From: Candidatus Limnocylindrales bacterium
Lineage (GTDB): Bacteria > Chloroflexota > Limnocylindria > Limnocylindrales > CSP1-4
DNA: 64,000 nucleotides
Assembly (NCBI GenBank): GCA_038325875.1
Contig: JBBQJL010000002.1
Span: 64,003-128,002 of the forward strand
Direction: 5' to 3'
The notes beneath the pieces were generated by a model. It made no database searches. It was not told the DNA's origin and worked only from the letters and a program-made list of their open reading frames with translations. Shown in pieces: positions 1 to 9,408 of this stretch (within the stretch, counting starts at the first letter, position 1; each line of letters starts with the position of its first letter). The translations under genes were made by a program, and so were the position numbers.

Positions 1-78
1 CCGGCGGTTTGATCCGACCGGTCGCCCCGTGGCCGGCGATGGAGCCGACGCGGCCAGGATCCGAGCGGAAGGGATGGG

Positions 79-918
79 TTGATCAGCACCCCCAGAACGT
101 CCCCGGCGCCGACGCCGCGAGGCGCGTCTCGGGCAAGTGCAGCGCGAGCGAGGCTGACCGACCTGCTGCCTGCGACCGCGCTGTTCGTCCTGGTCATCTT
201 CCTCTGGGAGGTCGGGTTGACCGTGCTCGAGGTCAAGCAGTTCCTCCTGCCCCGGCCGTCGGTCATCGTCGGCGCGCTCGTCGAGGAGTGGTCGGTCCTC
301 GGTCGAGGCGTCATGTACACCGGATTCGAGGCCCTCGTCGGACTGCTCCTTGGGACGACCCTCGGCGTCCTGGCGGCGTTTGCGACCGGCCGGTGGGCCA
401 GCGCTCGGGCCACCCTGATGCCGCTGGCCGTCGCCGCCAGCTCGGTCCCGATCATCGCCCTCGCTCCGATCATGAGCGCCTGGTTCGGGTCCGAGAGCCC
501 CGCCGCCCGGGTCGCGATCGTGACTGTGATGGTCTTCTTCCCGATCCTCATCAACACGGTCCGGGGGTTGACCGATGTCGATCCGGCCGCCCTCGAGCTG
601 ATGCTGTCGTACGCGGCTTTGCCGGTCCAGATCGTGCGCAAGGTCCGGGTTCCCAACGCGCTGCCCTACTTCTTCACTGGTCTGAAGATCGCGGCGACCC
701 TCGCGGTCATCGGCGCGGTCATCGGTGAGTACTTCGGCGGTCCGCGCTACTCGCTCGGGATCTACATCACGTCCGAGGCGTACGTCTTCCGCTATCCGAA
801 CGCCTGGGCCGCGATCCTGTTGGCCTGCCTGCTGGGGATCGGCTTCTACCTCGCCGTCCTCGTCCTGGAACGACTGGTCATGCCGTGGTATTCCAGCCAA
901 CGGGCGATGGGGCAGTAA
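79..918 (+). CDS. ABC transporter permease, NitT/TauT-type (BPD_transp_1)
   Basis: 279-aa polytopic membrane ORF. It has the C-terminal permease signature region (LSYAALPVQIVRKVRVPNALPYFFTGLKIAATLAVIGAVIGEY). It is followed by a cognate NMT1-like binding protein. The TTG start is uncertain. Confidence 0.8.
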   Translation: MISTPRTSPAPTPRGASRASAARARLTDLLPATALFVLVIFLWEVGLTVLEVKQFLLPRPSVIVGALVEEWSVLGRGVMYTGFEALVGLLLGTTLGVLAAFATGRWASARATLMPLAVAASSVPIIALAPIMSAWFGSESPAARVAIVTVMVFFPILINTVRGLTDVDPAALELMLSYAALPVQIVRKVRVPNALPYFFTGLKIAATLAVIGAVIGEYFGGPRYSLGIYITSEAYVFRYPNAWAAILLACLLGIGFYLAVLVLERLVMPWYSSQRAMGQ

Positions 919-1053
919 GGGACAATGCACGGACTCCCGTGGGATCCGGGCGAGGACGCCCAACGGTCAGGCGCTCCGCCATCGGGTGCGGAGTCGAGGT
1001 GGAGGACCGGCGGCCGAAGCGGCTGAGCCGGCGAACGAGTGGAGGAGGCACGG

Positions 1054-2160
1054 ATGTTCAAGAGAATGAGTGCGGGTGCGCTTCTGATGGCCGTGGTCGT
1101 CGTCGCGGCAGCATGTTCGAGTGGCACAAGCTCGCCGTCGGCTGCAGCACTCACGCCGGTGCGGTTCCAGCTCCAGTGGGTCCCCCAGGCGCAGTTTGGC
1201 GGGTACTACGCGGCCCTGGACCAGGGCTACTTCAAGGACGCCGGGCTGGACGTCAAGCTGCTGTCCGGCGGTCCCGACGTGAACAACCTTCAGGTCGTAG
1301 CTTCGGATGGCGCCGAGTTGGGCACGTCCTGGGTGCCCAAGACGCTCCAGTCGCGCGAGGGCGGCACGGACCTCGTGACCATCGCCCAGATCCTCCAGCG
1401 GTCCGGGACCCGGATGGTCTCGTTCAAGGACTCCGGCATCACCGACCCCAAGACGATGGGCGGCAAGAAGATCGGCAGCTGGCTGGGTGGCAACGAGCCC
1501 GAGCTGTTCGCGGCTCTGACCAAGGTCGGGCTCGATCCCAAGACCGAGGCGGTCACCAAGCAGGACTTCAACATGAACCAATTCGTGTCGGGCGACATCG
1601 ACACGGCCGAGGCCATGATCTACAACGAGTACGCCCAGGTCCTCGAGACGAAGAACCCCAAGACCGGCGAGCTGTACAAGCCCGAAGACCTCAACCTCAT
1701 CGACTTCAACGACCCGTCGATCGGGACCGCGATGCTCCAGGACGCGATCATCGCCCGTGACTCGTGGCTGAAGAAGCCGGGCAACGAGGAGATCGCCACC
1801 AAGTTCCTGACGGCGGCGTTCAAGGGCTGGATGTACTGTCGGGACAACAGCCAGAAATGCGCCGACCTGGTGGTCAAGGCAGGCTCTGAGCTCAAAGCCG
1901 GGCACCAGTCCTGGATGATGAACGAGATCAACGGCCTCATCTGGCCGTCGCCGAACGGGATCGGCCAGTTCGACCAGGCCGCCTGGGACAAGACCGTCGA
2001 CATCGCGACCACATATGGCGTGCTGAAGGCCAAGCCAACCGATGGCGCCTATCGGACAGACCTCGCCAAGAAGGCGCTCGACGCCCTCGGAACCAGCCTC
2101 GACCCGAAGGGCGATAGCTTCAAGAAAGCGGTCGTCACCCTGACCGAGGGCGGCAACTAG
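1054..2160 (+). CDS. ABC transporter substrate-binding lipoprotein, NMT1/THI5-like (NitT/TauT family)
   Basis: ATG at 1054 is preceded by GGAGGAGG (1041-1048). It has a lipoprotein signal (LLMAVVVVAAAC). QLQWVPQAQFGGYYAALDQGYF is typical of NMT1-like SBPs. Confidence 0.8.
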   Translation: MFKRMSAGALLMAVVVVAAACSSGTSSPSAAALTPVRFQLQWVPQAQFGGYYAALDQGYFKDAGLDVKLLSGGPDVNNLQVVASDGAELGTSWVPKTLQSREGGTDLVTIAQILQRSGTRMVSFKDSGITDPKTMGGKKIGSWLGGNEPELFAALTKVGLDPKTEAVTKQDFNMNQFVSGDIDTAEAMIYNEYAQVLETKNPKTGELYKPEDLNLIDFNDPSIGTAMLQDAIIARDSWLKKPGNEEIATKFLTAAFKGWMYCRDNSQKCADLVVKAGSELKAGHQSWMMNEINGLIWPSPNGIGQFDQAAWDKTVDIATTYGVLKAKPTDGAYRTDLAKKALDALGTSLDPKGDSFKKAVVTLTEGGN

Positions 2161-2185
2161 CCCCAACTCCACCCCAGAACCGACC

Positions 2186-2216
2186 GAACGGCCGGCCCGA
2201 CGAGGGTCGGCCGTTC
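2186..2216. terminator. GC-rich hairpin between convergent genes (possible bidirectional terminator)
   Basis: GAACGGCCG (2186-2194) pairs perfectly with CGGCCGTTC (2208-2216) and has an extra inner GCCC/GGGT stem. There is no clear U-tract. Confidence 0.4.
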
Positions 2217-2245
2217 GATTCCCGGCTGCTAGCCGCGCCCCGGCC

Positions 2246-3133
2246 TCAGTCGTTCGCGGCGAGGATCCCGGCCAGTGCTGCCAGATGGGCGGGCGTGCTC
2301 CCGCAGCAGCCGCCGATGATCCGGGCCCCAGCTCGACGCATGGCCAGGCCCTGGCCGGCCATGGTGTCAGGCTCCGCCCGGTAGACCGCCTGCATGTCGA
2401 TCAGTTCGGGCATCCCGGCGTTTGATTTCGCGACGAGAAGCACGTCCGGCGCGACGGCGTGCATCCGCTCGATGACCGCCAGCATCTCGTCCGGGCCGTT
2501 GCCGCAGTTGCCGCCGATGGCGTCGGCACCCCACGCCGTCAGGGCCTCGACCGCCTGCTCGGGCGAGACGCCCATCATCGTGTGGCCACGGGTGTCGAAC
2601 GTCATCGTGGCGATCAGCGGGATGGCCGGCGCCGTCCGGCGGACACCCTCGATGGCCGCCTTGATCTCGTGCAGATCGGACATCGTCTCGATCCAGATGA
2701 GGTCGACTCCGCCGGCGACGAGCGCAGCCGCCTGCTCCGCGAAGACGTCCACCGCCGCCTCGTACTCCAGGGTCCCCAGCGGAGCCACGATCTCGCCGCT
2801 GGGCCCGATGTCGCCGGCGACGAGTGCCCGCCCGCCGGCCGCATCGACCTCGGCTCGGGCGAGGATGGCGGCCGTCTGGTTGAGCTCAGCCACGCGATCC
2901 TGGAGGCCGTGGAGGCGAAGCCGGAGCCGGTTCCCACCGAACGTGTTTGTCAGCAAGATCTGCGAGCCGGCCTCGAGATACCCGCGCTGGATCCGGCGCA
3001 CCACGTCGGGGTGGCTCAGGTTCCAGACCTCCGGGGGGTCGCCGAACTGGAGACCGGCCGAGAACAGCATCGTGCCCATCGCTCCGTCGGCGAGGATCGG
3101 ACCGCCCTCGGCGAGGAGTACCTCCCAGCCCAC
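2246..3133 (-). CDS. mmuM: homocysteine S-methyltransferase
   Basis: Motifs ILADGAMGTML, LLTNTFGGN and the C-terminal GGCCGSTPAHL zinc-site motif are present. The track ORF (478 aa) is over-extended. GTG at 3133 is the nearest in-frame start before the domain, and the start is uncertain. Confidence 0.8.
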   Translation of the reverse strand: MGWEVLLAEGGPILADGAMGTMLFSAGLQFGDPPEVWNLSHPDVVRRIQRGYLEAGSQILLTNTFGGNRLRLRLHGLQDRVAELNQTAAILARAEVDAAGGRALVAGDIGPSGEIVAPLGTLEYEAAVDVFAEQAAALVAGGVDLIWIETMSDLHEIKAAIEGVRRTAPAIPLIATMTFDTRGHTMMGVSPEQAVEALTAWGADAIGGNCGNGPDEMLAVIERMHAVAPDVLLVAKSNAGMPELIDMQAVYRAEPDTMAGQGLAMRRAGARIIGGCCGSTPAHLAALAGILAAND

Positions 3134-3371
3134 GGCCGCCGCGCCACCGTCCGCAGCCCGCCGTGCAGCCAGGTCGGGGAATGCCGTTGGGTCGACCGGG
3201 CCGATCCCCGCTGCCGCACGGGTCTCGGCCGGCGTCCGGCCGTCGGTCGGGTGTCGACCGCTCCTCCTCGAGGTCGTCAAACGGGCGTCTCCTGGCGGCG
3301 GGCCGGGGCGGTCCAGCTCAGGATAGACGGTCAGTCGCTCGACGGAGGCCGAGCTCGACCCACCACCTCGA

Positions 3372-4829
3372 TCACCCTCTGGCGCGCACGGCTGAAGGGA
3401 TGCTTGCGACGATGACCGTCCCCCCGGTTCGTCTTGGCCGCGCCACGAACCGCCCCCCGACGAGTCGCGTCCGCTCTTCCATCCCGACCAGCCCGAGCTT
3501 GCCCGATGCCAACAGCTCGGACGCGGATACCGACTGATCGAGGCCACTCCCGTCGTCACGGATGACCAGGCACGTCTGGTCGCGCCCGAATCGGACATGC
3601 ACGTCGACTGCCGACGCCGCGGCATGGCGCTCGACGTTGTGGAGGGCCTCCTGGGCGACCCGCAGAAGGACCAGCTCGACATCTGGCGAAAACGTGCCCG
3701 AGGTCCCGGTCATCACGAAGCGTACGTTCAGACCCGAGCGGCGCGCGAGCGCCGACGTCTCGGACCTGATCGCCGGGACCAGGCCGAGGTCGTCGAGGAT
3801 CGACGGCCGCAGCGCGCTGCTGATCCGGCGCAGCTCGTCGGCGGTCTGTTCGGCCAGGCCGCGGGCATCCGCGACCCGGTCGGTCGGCCGATCCCCGTCG
3901 GACGGCGCCCCGACCGGGTCGAGGTCGCGGAGCAGGAGCATCAGCGACTGGAGTGGACCGTCGTGGAGCTCTCGCCCGATCCGGCGCCGCTCCTCTTCGC
4001 GCGTCCTGACCGTGGTGCGTGCATACCGTTCCAGACCCTGCTGGCGTTCGGTCTGGAGAGTGACGTCGTGAAGGATGACCTGGACGTGGGACCTCCCTTG
4101 ACGATCCGTCAACGGCTGCGAGGCAAGCACTTCGACCCACACGGGGGGGCTGGTCGACTCGAGCTGGAGAGCGAGCGCCCTGGTCGCCCGGTCGGAGTGG
4201 CGGATCTCATCGGCGATCTCACCTCCCGCCAGGTCGTCGACCGGGACTCCGACGATCCCTTCGACGGGCCGCCCGAGGAGCCGACCGGCAGCTGCGTTGG
4301 CCTCCTCGACCCGCCCGTCGGCACCGAGCACCAGGACCGCTTCCGCGGACTGGTCGAAGAGGGCCCGATAGCGCTCATCCGAGACGCGGCTAGCGTCCTC
4401 GCGAGCCTTGGCCTCGTCCCGGGCGAGCCGTTCGTGATCGACCCGCAGGCCGACGAAAACTGCCACGAACAGCATGATCAGCTGCTGCCAGACGACTCCG
4501 ACCCGCTCCAGGCCGTCGTGGAGCAGGACGACGTTCGGGACCGTCAGGACGATGCTCCACAGAGCGGTCGGGACCGACCCCCGGACGCCGAATCGAAGCG
4601 CGGCGTAGACGACCGGGATGAAGAACAGCGACGTCGGGACCTGGTAGAGCTCGAACGGGAACGGGATCTGAGCGACCGTCTCGAGCAGCGTGTGCACCAG
4701 CGCGATCAGGAAGACGAGGCCCTGGACCGCCCAGAACGCCCGCCGGCGGATCGGCGGCGGGGCGAGCCGTACCGACCGCACCACCTTGGCGGACGAGCTC
4801 GCGAGCCTCGCGATCGGACTAGCGGTCAT
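3372..4829 (-). CDS. sensor histidine kinase (membrane N-terminus, PAS, HisKA_3, HATPase_c)
   Basis: H-box RIGRELHDGPLQSL is present, with ATPase motifs (NVERHA, IRDDGSGL) and about 4 N-terminal TM helices. ATG at 4829 overlaps the stop of the upstream response regulator (4819-4821). Confidence 0.85.
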   Translation of the reverse strand: MTASPIARLASSSAKVVRSVRLAPPPIRRRAFWAVQGLVFLIALVHTLLETVAQIPFPFELYQVPTSLFFIPVVYAALRFGVRGSVPTALWSIVLTVPNVVLLHDGLERVGVVWQQLIMLFVAVFVGLRVDHERLARDEAKAREDASRVSDERYRALFDQSAEAVLVLGADGRVEEANAAAGRLLGRPVEGIVGVPVDDLAGGEIADEIRHSDRATRALALQLESTSPPVWVEVLASQPLTDRQGRSHVQVILHDVTLQTERQQGLERYARTTVRTREEERRRIGRELHDGPLQSLMLLLRDLDPVGAPSDGDRPTDRVADARGLAEQTADELRRISSALRPSILDDLGLVPAIRSETSALARRSGLNVRFVMTGTSGTFSPDVELVLLRVAQEALHNVERHAAASAVDVHVRFGRDQTCLVIRDDGSGLDQSVSASELLASGKLGLVGMEERTRLVGGRFVARPRRTGGTVIVASIPSAVRARG

Positions 4830-5481
4830 CCAACCTGGATTCTGGCTGCAGGGTGATCCAGCCGCGGGCGGCCGCATACACGATCGCCTCGGTCCGCGAC
4901 GACACCCCGAGCTTGTTGAAGACACTGGTGAAGGTGGCCTCGATGGTCCGGAGGCTCAGACCGAGCGACTCGGCGATGTCCCGGGTTCGACCTCCTCGGG
5001 AGGCGAGGCGGAGCACCTCGAGCTCTCGGGGCGACAGTTCGTCGCCCTGGTCGCCCGCCGCAGCGCGCTTCCCGACGAGGTGCCTGGCGACATCGGGATG
5101 GAGCACCACCTGGCCGCTCGCCACCGCCCGGATGGCCGTCACGACTTCCGACGCGCTGGCCGACTTCAGGAGGTAGCCGCTCGCCCCGGCCTCGATCGCG
5201 GCGATGACATAGTCGGCGTCGTCGAAGGCGCTCAGGATGAGGACCCTGGGCGGTCTGGCTGTCGCCGTGATGCGCCGGGTCGCCTCGATCCCGTTGAGCA
5301 CCGGTAGCCCAAGGTCGAGCAACACGACGTCCGGCGTGGTTCGTGCGGCAAGCGCAACGGCCTGCTCACCGTCGGCCGCCTCACCAACGACCTCGAGTCC
5401 CGGTTCTGCCTCGAGGATCCTGCGCGTCCCCTCGCGAACGACGGCGTGGTCCTCGCCGAGCAGGACGCGCAGGACGTTCAT
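4819..5481 (-). CDS. NarL/LuxR-family response regulator
   Basis: The REC domain (VLLGEDHAVVREG...DVVLLDLGLP) is followed by a LuxR HTH (LSPRELEVLRLASRGGRTRDIAESLGLSLRTIEATFTSVFNKLGV). Confidence 0.9.
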   Translation of the reverse strand: MNVLRVLLGEDHAVVREGTRRILEAEPGLEVVGEAADGEQAVALAARTTPDVVLLDLGLPVLNGIEATRRITATARPPRVLILSAFDDADYVIAAIEAGASGYLLKSASASEVVTAIRAVASGQVVLHPDVARHLVGKRAAAGDQGDELSPRELEVLRLASRGGRTRDIAESLGLSLRTIEATFTSVFNKLGVSSRTEAIVYAAARGWITLQPESRLDDR

Positions 5482-5709
5482 TGAGCGGGCACCTCGCGGG
5501 CGAGTCTAGCAGCGGCCAGGTCCGCTCTGCCCCATGAGTCCGCAGTTCCAGTGCGGGAAACCGCAGTCGACATCGCGGCTTCCTCGGATGCCGCCGGGCC
5601 CCGGACAAGGGACCATCACCTCAGCGAGACGCCGTGACGTGCGTCGCACCCAACGGGCCGCTCCCGGCCGACCTATCGACCCGGACCGCCCACTCGAGGG
5701 AGGACGTCG

Positions 5710-6243
5710 ATGACATTGACCGAGAGGGAGTTCTGGGCCCTCATCCACGGCATGGTCCTGGGGACCATCTTCCTGCTCGCCTTCGGTGGCGGGCTCGCGG
5801 GCATCTGGAGCATGCGTCCGAACCTGCTGACGGAAGAGGGCGTGGCCGAGCGCGCGCCGCGCCTGACCATCGGCACGACGGTCATGGCCGTCGTCGCCTG
5901 GCTGACCGTCATCGTCGGCACCTGGATCGTGTATCCGTGGTACCGCGCGGCGGTCCCGGCCGGGACGACCGACCTGACCAAGTTCCCGAAGGCGCTCCTG
6001 GTCGCCAGCCCCGACACAGCCGAATGGCACAACTTCGGCATGGAGTGGAAGGAGCACGTCGCATTCCTGGCCCCGATCCTGGCGACCGCCGTCGCGTTCG
6101 CGATGCTCTACTACGGCGCCCAGCTGGTGCGCCGAGGTGACATCCGTCGGGCGATGCTCATCTTCTTCACGCTCGCCTTCGCGGCAGCCGGGATCGCCGG
6201 TCTGTTCGGCGCGCTCATCACCAAAGCCGCTCCGGTCGCTTGA
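5710..6243 (+). CDS. hypothetical polytopic membrane protein (about 4 TM)
   Basis: GGGAGG RBS lies before ATG 5710. Hydrophobic segments are spaced regularly. I recognise no family. Confidence 0.6.
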   Translation: MTLTEREFWALIHGMVLGTIFLLAFGGGLAGIWSMRPNLLTEEGVAERAPRLTIGTTVMAVVAWLTVIVGTWIVYPWYRAAVPAGTTDLTKFPKALLVASPDTAEWHNFGMEWKEHVAFLAPILATAVAFAMLYYGAQLVRRGDIRRAMLIFFTLAFAAAGIAGLFGALITKAAPVA

Positions 6244-6254
6244 GGAGTCTATCG

Positions 6255-6608
6255 ATGCAATCAACTGAGACGAAGCCCAACGGACCGGTCGCGGCCAGCT
6301 TCCTCGCCGCTGGGATCGCCAGCCTGATCCTGGGGATCCTTGTCGTCCTCAACGAGCTCGGTGGCGACATCAGCAAGTTCCTGGCGTTCGACAAGAACTT
6401 CGGCCTGGGGAGCGGAGTCGGCCCGCTGTCGGGCAAGGTGACCATCACGGTCCTCGCCTTCGGGATCTCCTGGCTCGTGCTCCACTTCCTGTGGCGCGGC
6501 AAGGAGGTCAACTTCGGGCGGATCTTCAGCGTGGCGCTGGTCCTGGTCGCGGCCGGGTTCATCCTCACCTTCCCTCCGGTCTTCGACCTCTTCGCACCGA
6601 AGTCCTGA
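6255..6608 (+). CDS. hypothetical small membrane protein (about 4 TM)
   Basis: ATG 6255 is preceded by GAGGAG (6242-6247), which overlaps the stop of the previous gene. The product is hydrophobic. Confidence 0.55.
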   Translation: MQSTETKPNGPVAASFLAAGIASLILGILVVLNELGGDISKFLAFDKNFGLGSGVGPLSGKVTITVLAFGISWLVLHFLWRGKEVNFGRIFSVALVLVAAGFILTFPPVFDLFAPKS

Positions 6609-6684
6609 GTCCTACCCGACGGACCACTCCGGCCCGACCCTCTCGGCCGGAGTGGTCCGATCCCCATCCCCTGGAGGTCGCACC

Positions 6685-7029
6685 ATGCGCTATGGAGCAT
6701 TTGGACTTGGGATCGCGGCGGGCGTGCTTGAGCTCGCCGGAGCGATCATGGGCCTCGGTATCGCCGGCGTGGCCTTCTCATTCGGAGGCGGAGGCCTCTT
6801 CCCGACGACGATCGGGGTCGGGATGGCGATGGCCTTCGCGATCGGCACGATCTTCTGCGCGGTGGCCATCATGTTCGTCCGCGATCCCCGTCCACTCGGG
6901 CTCGTGATCGCGGTCGCGTCGGTCGGCGCGGCGATCGCGGGTGGTCCGTTCGCGGCCATCGGTGGTGCGCTCGGCCTGATCGCCTCCTGGCTGACGTTCC
7001 GGATCGACCGGACCGGCGCGCTGGTCTGA
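6685..7029 (+). CDS. hypothetical Gly/Ala-rich small membrane protein
   Basis: ATG 6685 is preceded by GGAGG (6673-6677). There are four Gly/Ala-rich hydrophobic segments. Confidence 0.55.
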   Translation: MRYGAFGLGIAAGVLELAGAIMGLGIAGVAFSFGGGGLFPTTIGVGMAMAFAIGTIFCAVAIMFVRDPRPLGLVIAVASVGAAIAGGPFAAIGGALGLIASWLTFRIDRTGALV

Positions 7030-7071
7030 CCAGGCGGTTGGATACGCGCCGCGAATCGGGGCACGACGGCC

Positions 7072-7419
7072 GTGGAGATCCTGCTGATCCTCAACGACGG
7101 GCCGTCGGACGTCGGCCGCTCGGAGGCCGCTTTGCAGCTCGCCGCAGCTCTGCTGCGGGCCGAGGGGGCGGTCGTCCGGGTCTACCTGTCCAACGACGCC
7201 GTCCGCCTCGCGACGGTCGCGGTCGCGGATGCCCGGGCTGAACGCTCCGGATCGGGCATCACGGGGTTGGTCAACGCCGGCGCTCTGGTCGCCGTCTCAG
7301 ACTCGGCGCTGCGTGAGCGCCGGATCCCCTCGAGCGATCTGGTCATCGGGGCGGAGCCGGCGGCCCTGTCGACGCTCGCCGCCTGGTGCCTCGGGTCGGA
7401 TCGCCTGATGGTGTTCTGA
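7072..7419 (+). CDS. DsrE/DsrF(TusD/TusC)-like sulfur-relay fold protein, no Cys at the position I align to the active site
   Basis: The layout is DsrE-like: MEILLILNDGP..., VRVYLSNDAV, and LVAVSDSALRERRI where catalytic DsrE/TusD proteins carry V-C-x-x-C/A...RG. GTG start. Confidence 0.55.
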   Translation: MEILLILNDGPSDVGRSEAALQLAAALLRAEGAVVRVYLSNDAVRLATVAVADARAERSGSGITGLVNAGALVAVSDSALRERRIPSSDLVIGAEPAALSTLAAWCLGSDRLMVF

Positions 7420-7437
7420 ACAGAAGGACCCGAGCCT

Positions 7438-8094
7438 CTAGTGGCCCGTCCCGAACTGGCGGTCGCCGGCGTCACCGAGGCCGGGCATGATGTAGCCCTT
7501 GTCAGTCAGCCCGCGATCGAGCGCCGCGCAGTAGATCTCGATGTCCGGGTGAGCAGCCAGAACGGCGTCCACGCCCTCCGGGGCGACGATCAGGTTGATC
7601 AGCTTGATCCGGATCGCACCCCAGCGCTTGAGGACCTCGATCGCCGCGGTCGCCGACCCGCCGGTGGCAAGCATCGGGTCGAGGATCAGGCACAGGTCGA
7701 CCGTGTGCCGGTCCGGCAGCTTGTTGTAGTACTCGACCGGCCGCAGTGTTCGCTCGTCGCGGAACAGGCCGAGGTGCCAGACCTCGGCGGTGGGCATCAG
7801 CTCGAGCATCGCGTCGACCATCCCCAGGCCGGCCCGCAGGATCGGGACGAGGCCGATCCGGTCCGCCAGCTGGTACGCCTGGGTCGTCTCGAGAGGCGTC
7901 TCGATCTCGATCGGACGGAGGCGGGCGTCGGCCAGCGCTTCGTGCCCCAGCAGCCACGACAGCTCGCGAACGATCTCGCGGAACTTCTTCGGCTCGGTCG
8001 ACGTGCTGCGCAGGATGGCCAGCTTGTGGAGGACGGCCGGGTGGGTCGAGACGTGAAGGTTCGGCCGATCGACGCTGGGGGAGGGGTCGCTCAC
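7438..8094 (-). CDS. upp: uracil phosphoribosyltransferase
   Basis: It has the PRPP loop [12 protein letters not shown] and the uracil-binding motif [19 protein letters not shown] 8094 gives a typical length of about 218 aa; ATG 8151 is an alternative start. Confidence 0.9.
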   Translation of the reverse strand: MSDPSPSVDRPNLHVSTHPAVLHKLAILRSTSTEPKKFREIVRELSWLLGHEALADARLRPIEIETPLETTQAYQLADRIGLVPILRAGLGMVDAMLELMPTAEVWHLGLFRDERTLRPVEYYNKLPDRHTVDLCLILDPMLATGGSATAAIEVLKRWGAIRIKLINLIVAPEGVDAVLAAHPDIEIYCAALDRGLTDKGYIMPGLGDAGDRQFGTGH

Positions 8095-8204
8095 CGGGAT
8101 CCTCGGGGCTCGCTGCCGCACATCTCCGGCATCGTAGCATCGGCCCACCATCCGGATGGCCCGGCCATCGCTGCGGACGGGCAAGGCGCGGTATCCTCGG
8201 CGAC

Positions 8205-9362
8205 GTGACCGCCACCCGTCCCGCCCCATCGCGAACCCGCACGCCGACCGACCGCGCGGCGGTGCCGGCCCGCCGGGGTGCGCCGCCGGTACTGGTCCGT
8301 CAGACCCGGAACGGGATCGTCGAGAGCACCCATCGCGGCGACGTCGTGGAGGTCGATGCTGCCGGGCGGATCGTCCGGTTGCTCGGCGATCCTGACCGGG
8401 TGGTGACGCTCCGCTCGTGCGTCAAGCCGTTCGGGCTGCTGGCTCTGATCGAAGCCGGCGGTGTGGCGGCGTTCGGCCTGACGCCGCCAGAGATCGCGAT
8501 CATGGCCAGCTCCCATTCGGGCGAGGACATCCACGTCCGGACGATCCAGGGGATCTACCGCCGGGCGGGTGTGAGTCAGGCCGTGCTGGCCTGTGGCTCT
8601 GAGGGCATGCCCCTCGACGCGCTGACCGCCGCCCGCCTGGCCCGCGACGGCGAGCGGCCCGGGCCGGTCCGCCACATGTGCTCCGGCCAGCACTCATCGA
8701 TGATCCTGCTCGCCCGGCTCAAGGGCTGGCCGCTCGAAGAATACTGGCAGGACGAGCATCCAGCGCAGCTCGCCTACCGATCGGCGGTGGCCGCGGCCTT
8801 CGGGGTCAAGGTGGAGCGACTGGTGACCGCCATCGACGGTTGCGGGATCCCGACCTACGCCGTTGCACTCCGCCAGGTGGCTCGCGCCTACGCCCTGCTG
8901 GCCGACCCGTCGGCCGCCTCCGCAACCGACCAGCGGAGCTCCCTCGCCCCGTCTCTGACCGTCATCCGGGACTCGATCCTGGCCAACCCCGAGATGATCG
9001 GCGGGAATCGCGATCGGATCGACACATCGCTGATGAAGGCGCTCCCGGGTCGGATCATCAGCAAGGGCGGGATGGAGGCCCTTCGCGGGATCGGCATCCT
9101 GGCCGGGCGTCGCGCAGGCAACGGGCGGGCCGCGCACGGGGCGACGGGGATGGCCATCAAGATCGAGGACGGCGACGGCCACGATCGCGCGACCTGGGCG
9201 GCGACGATCGAGGCGCTCCGCCAGGCGGCCGTGCTGGCAGACGGACCGCTGCGCGAGCTCGGGCGCTACCACCGGCCGATGCTGCTCGATCCGCACGGTC
9301 GGATCGTGGCCGAGGCGATCGCCGAGTTCGATCTCGCGCCGGTCGGCGAGCTGATCGGCTGA
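8205..9362 (+). CDS. asparaginase II family protein
   Basis: Blocks [35 protein letters not shown] and [10 protein letters not shown] are typical of the Asparaginase_II family. GTG 8205 is in frame. The upstream 150 aa of the track ORF is antisense to upp. Confidence 0.75.
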   Translation: MTATRPAPSRTRTPTDRAAVPARRGAPPVLVRQTRNGIVESTHRGDVVEVDAAGRIVRLLGDPDRVVTLRSCVKPFGLLALIEAGGVAAFGLTPPEIAIMASSHSGEDIHVRTIQGIYRRAGVSQAVLACGSEGMPLDALTAARLARDGERPGPVRHMCSGQHSSMILLARLKGWPLEEYWQDEHPAQLAYRSAVAAAFGVKVERLVTAIDGCGIPTYAVALRQVARAYALLADPSAASATDQRSSLAPSLTVIRDSILANPEMIGGNRDRIDTSLMKALPGRIISKGGMEALRGIGILAGRRAGNGRAAHGATGMAIKIEDGDGHDRATWAATIEALRQAAVLADGPLRELGRYHRPMLLDPHGRIVAEAIAEFDLAPVGELIG

Positions 9363-9408
9363 GACCGTCCCGGATGACCGATCGGACCACCGGACCCGCC
9401 ACCGGACG

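Noticed and set aside
9-728. A 239-aa plus-strand ORF at the window start.
   Set aside because: It overlaps the permease gene (79-918) out of frame. Its composition is Arg/Pro/Gly-rich, whereas the permease frame shows clean TM helices.
7746-9362. Track ORFs with long N-terminal extensions that could be read as fusion proteins: 7746-9362, 11101-13089, 16545-18437, 24096-25688, 37039-38799, 37510-40008, 33414-34220 and 2246-3682.
   Set aside because: In each case the extension is Arg/Pro-rich and overlaps the neighbouring real gene in another frame or strand. A well-placed internal ATG/GTG, often with an RBS or a 4-nt overlap to the upstream stop, gives a protein of canonical length.
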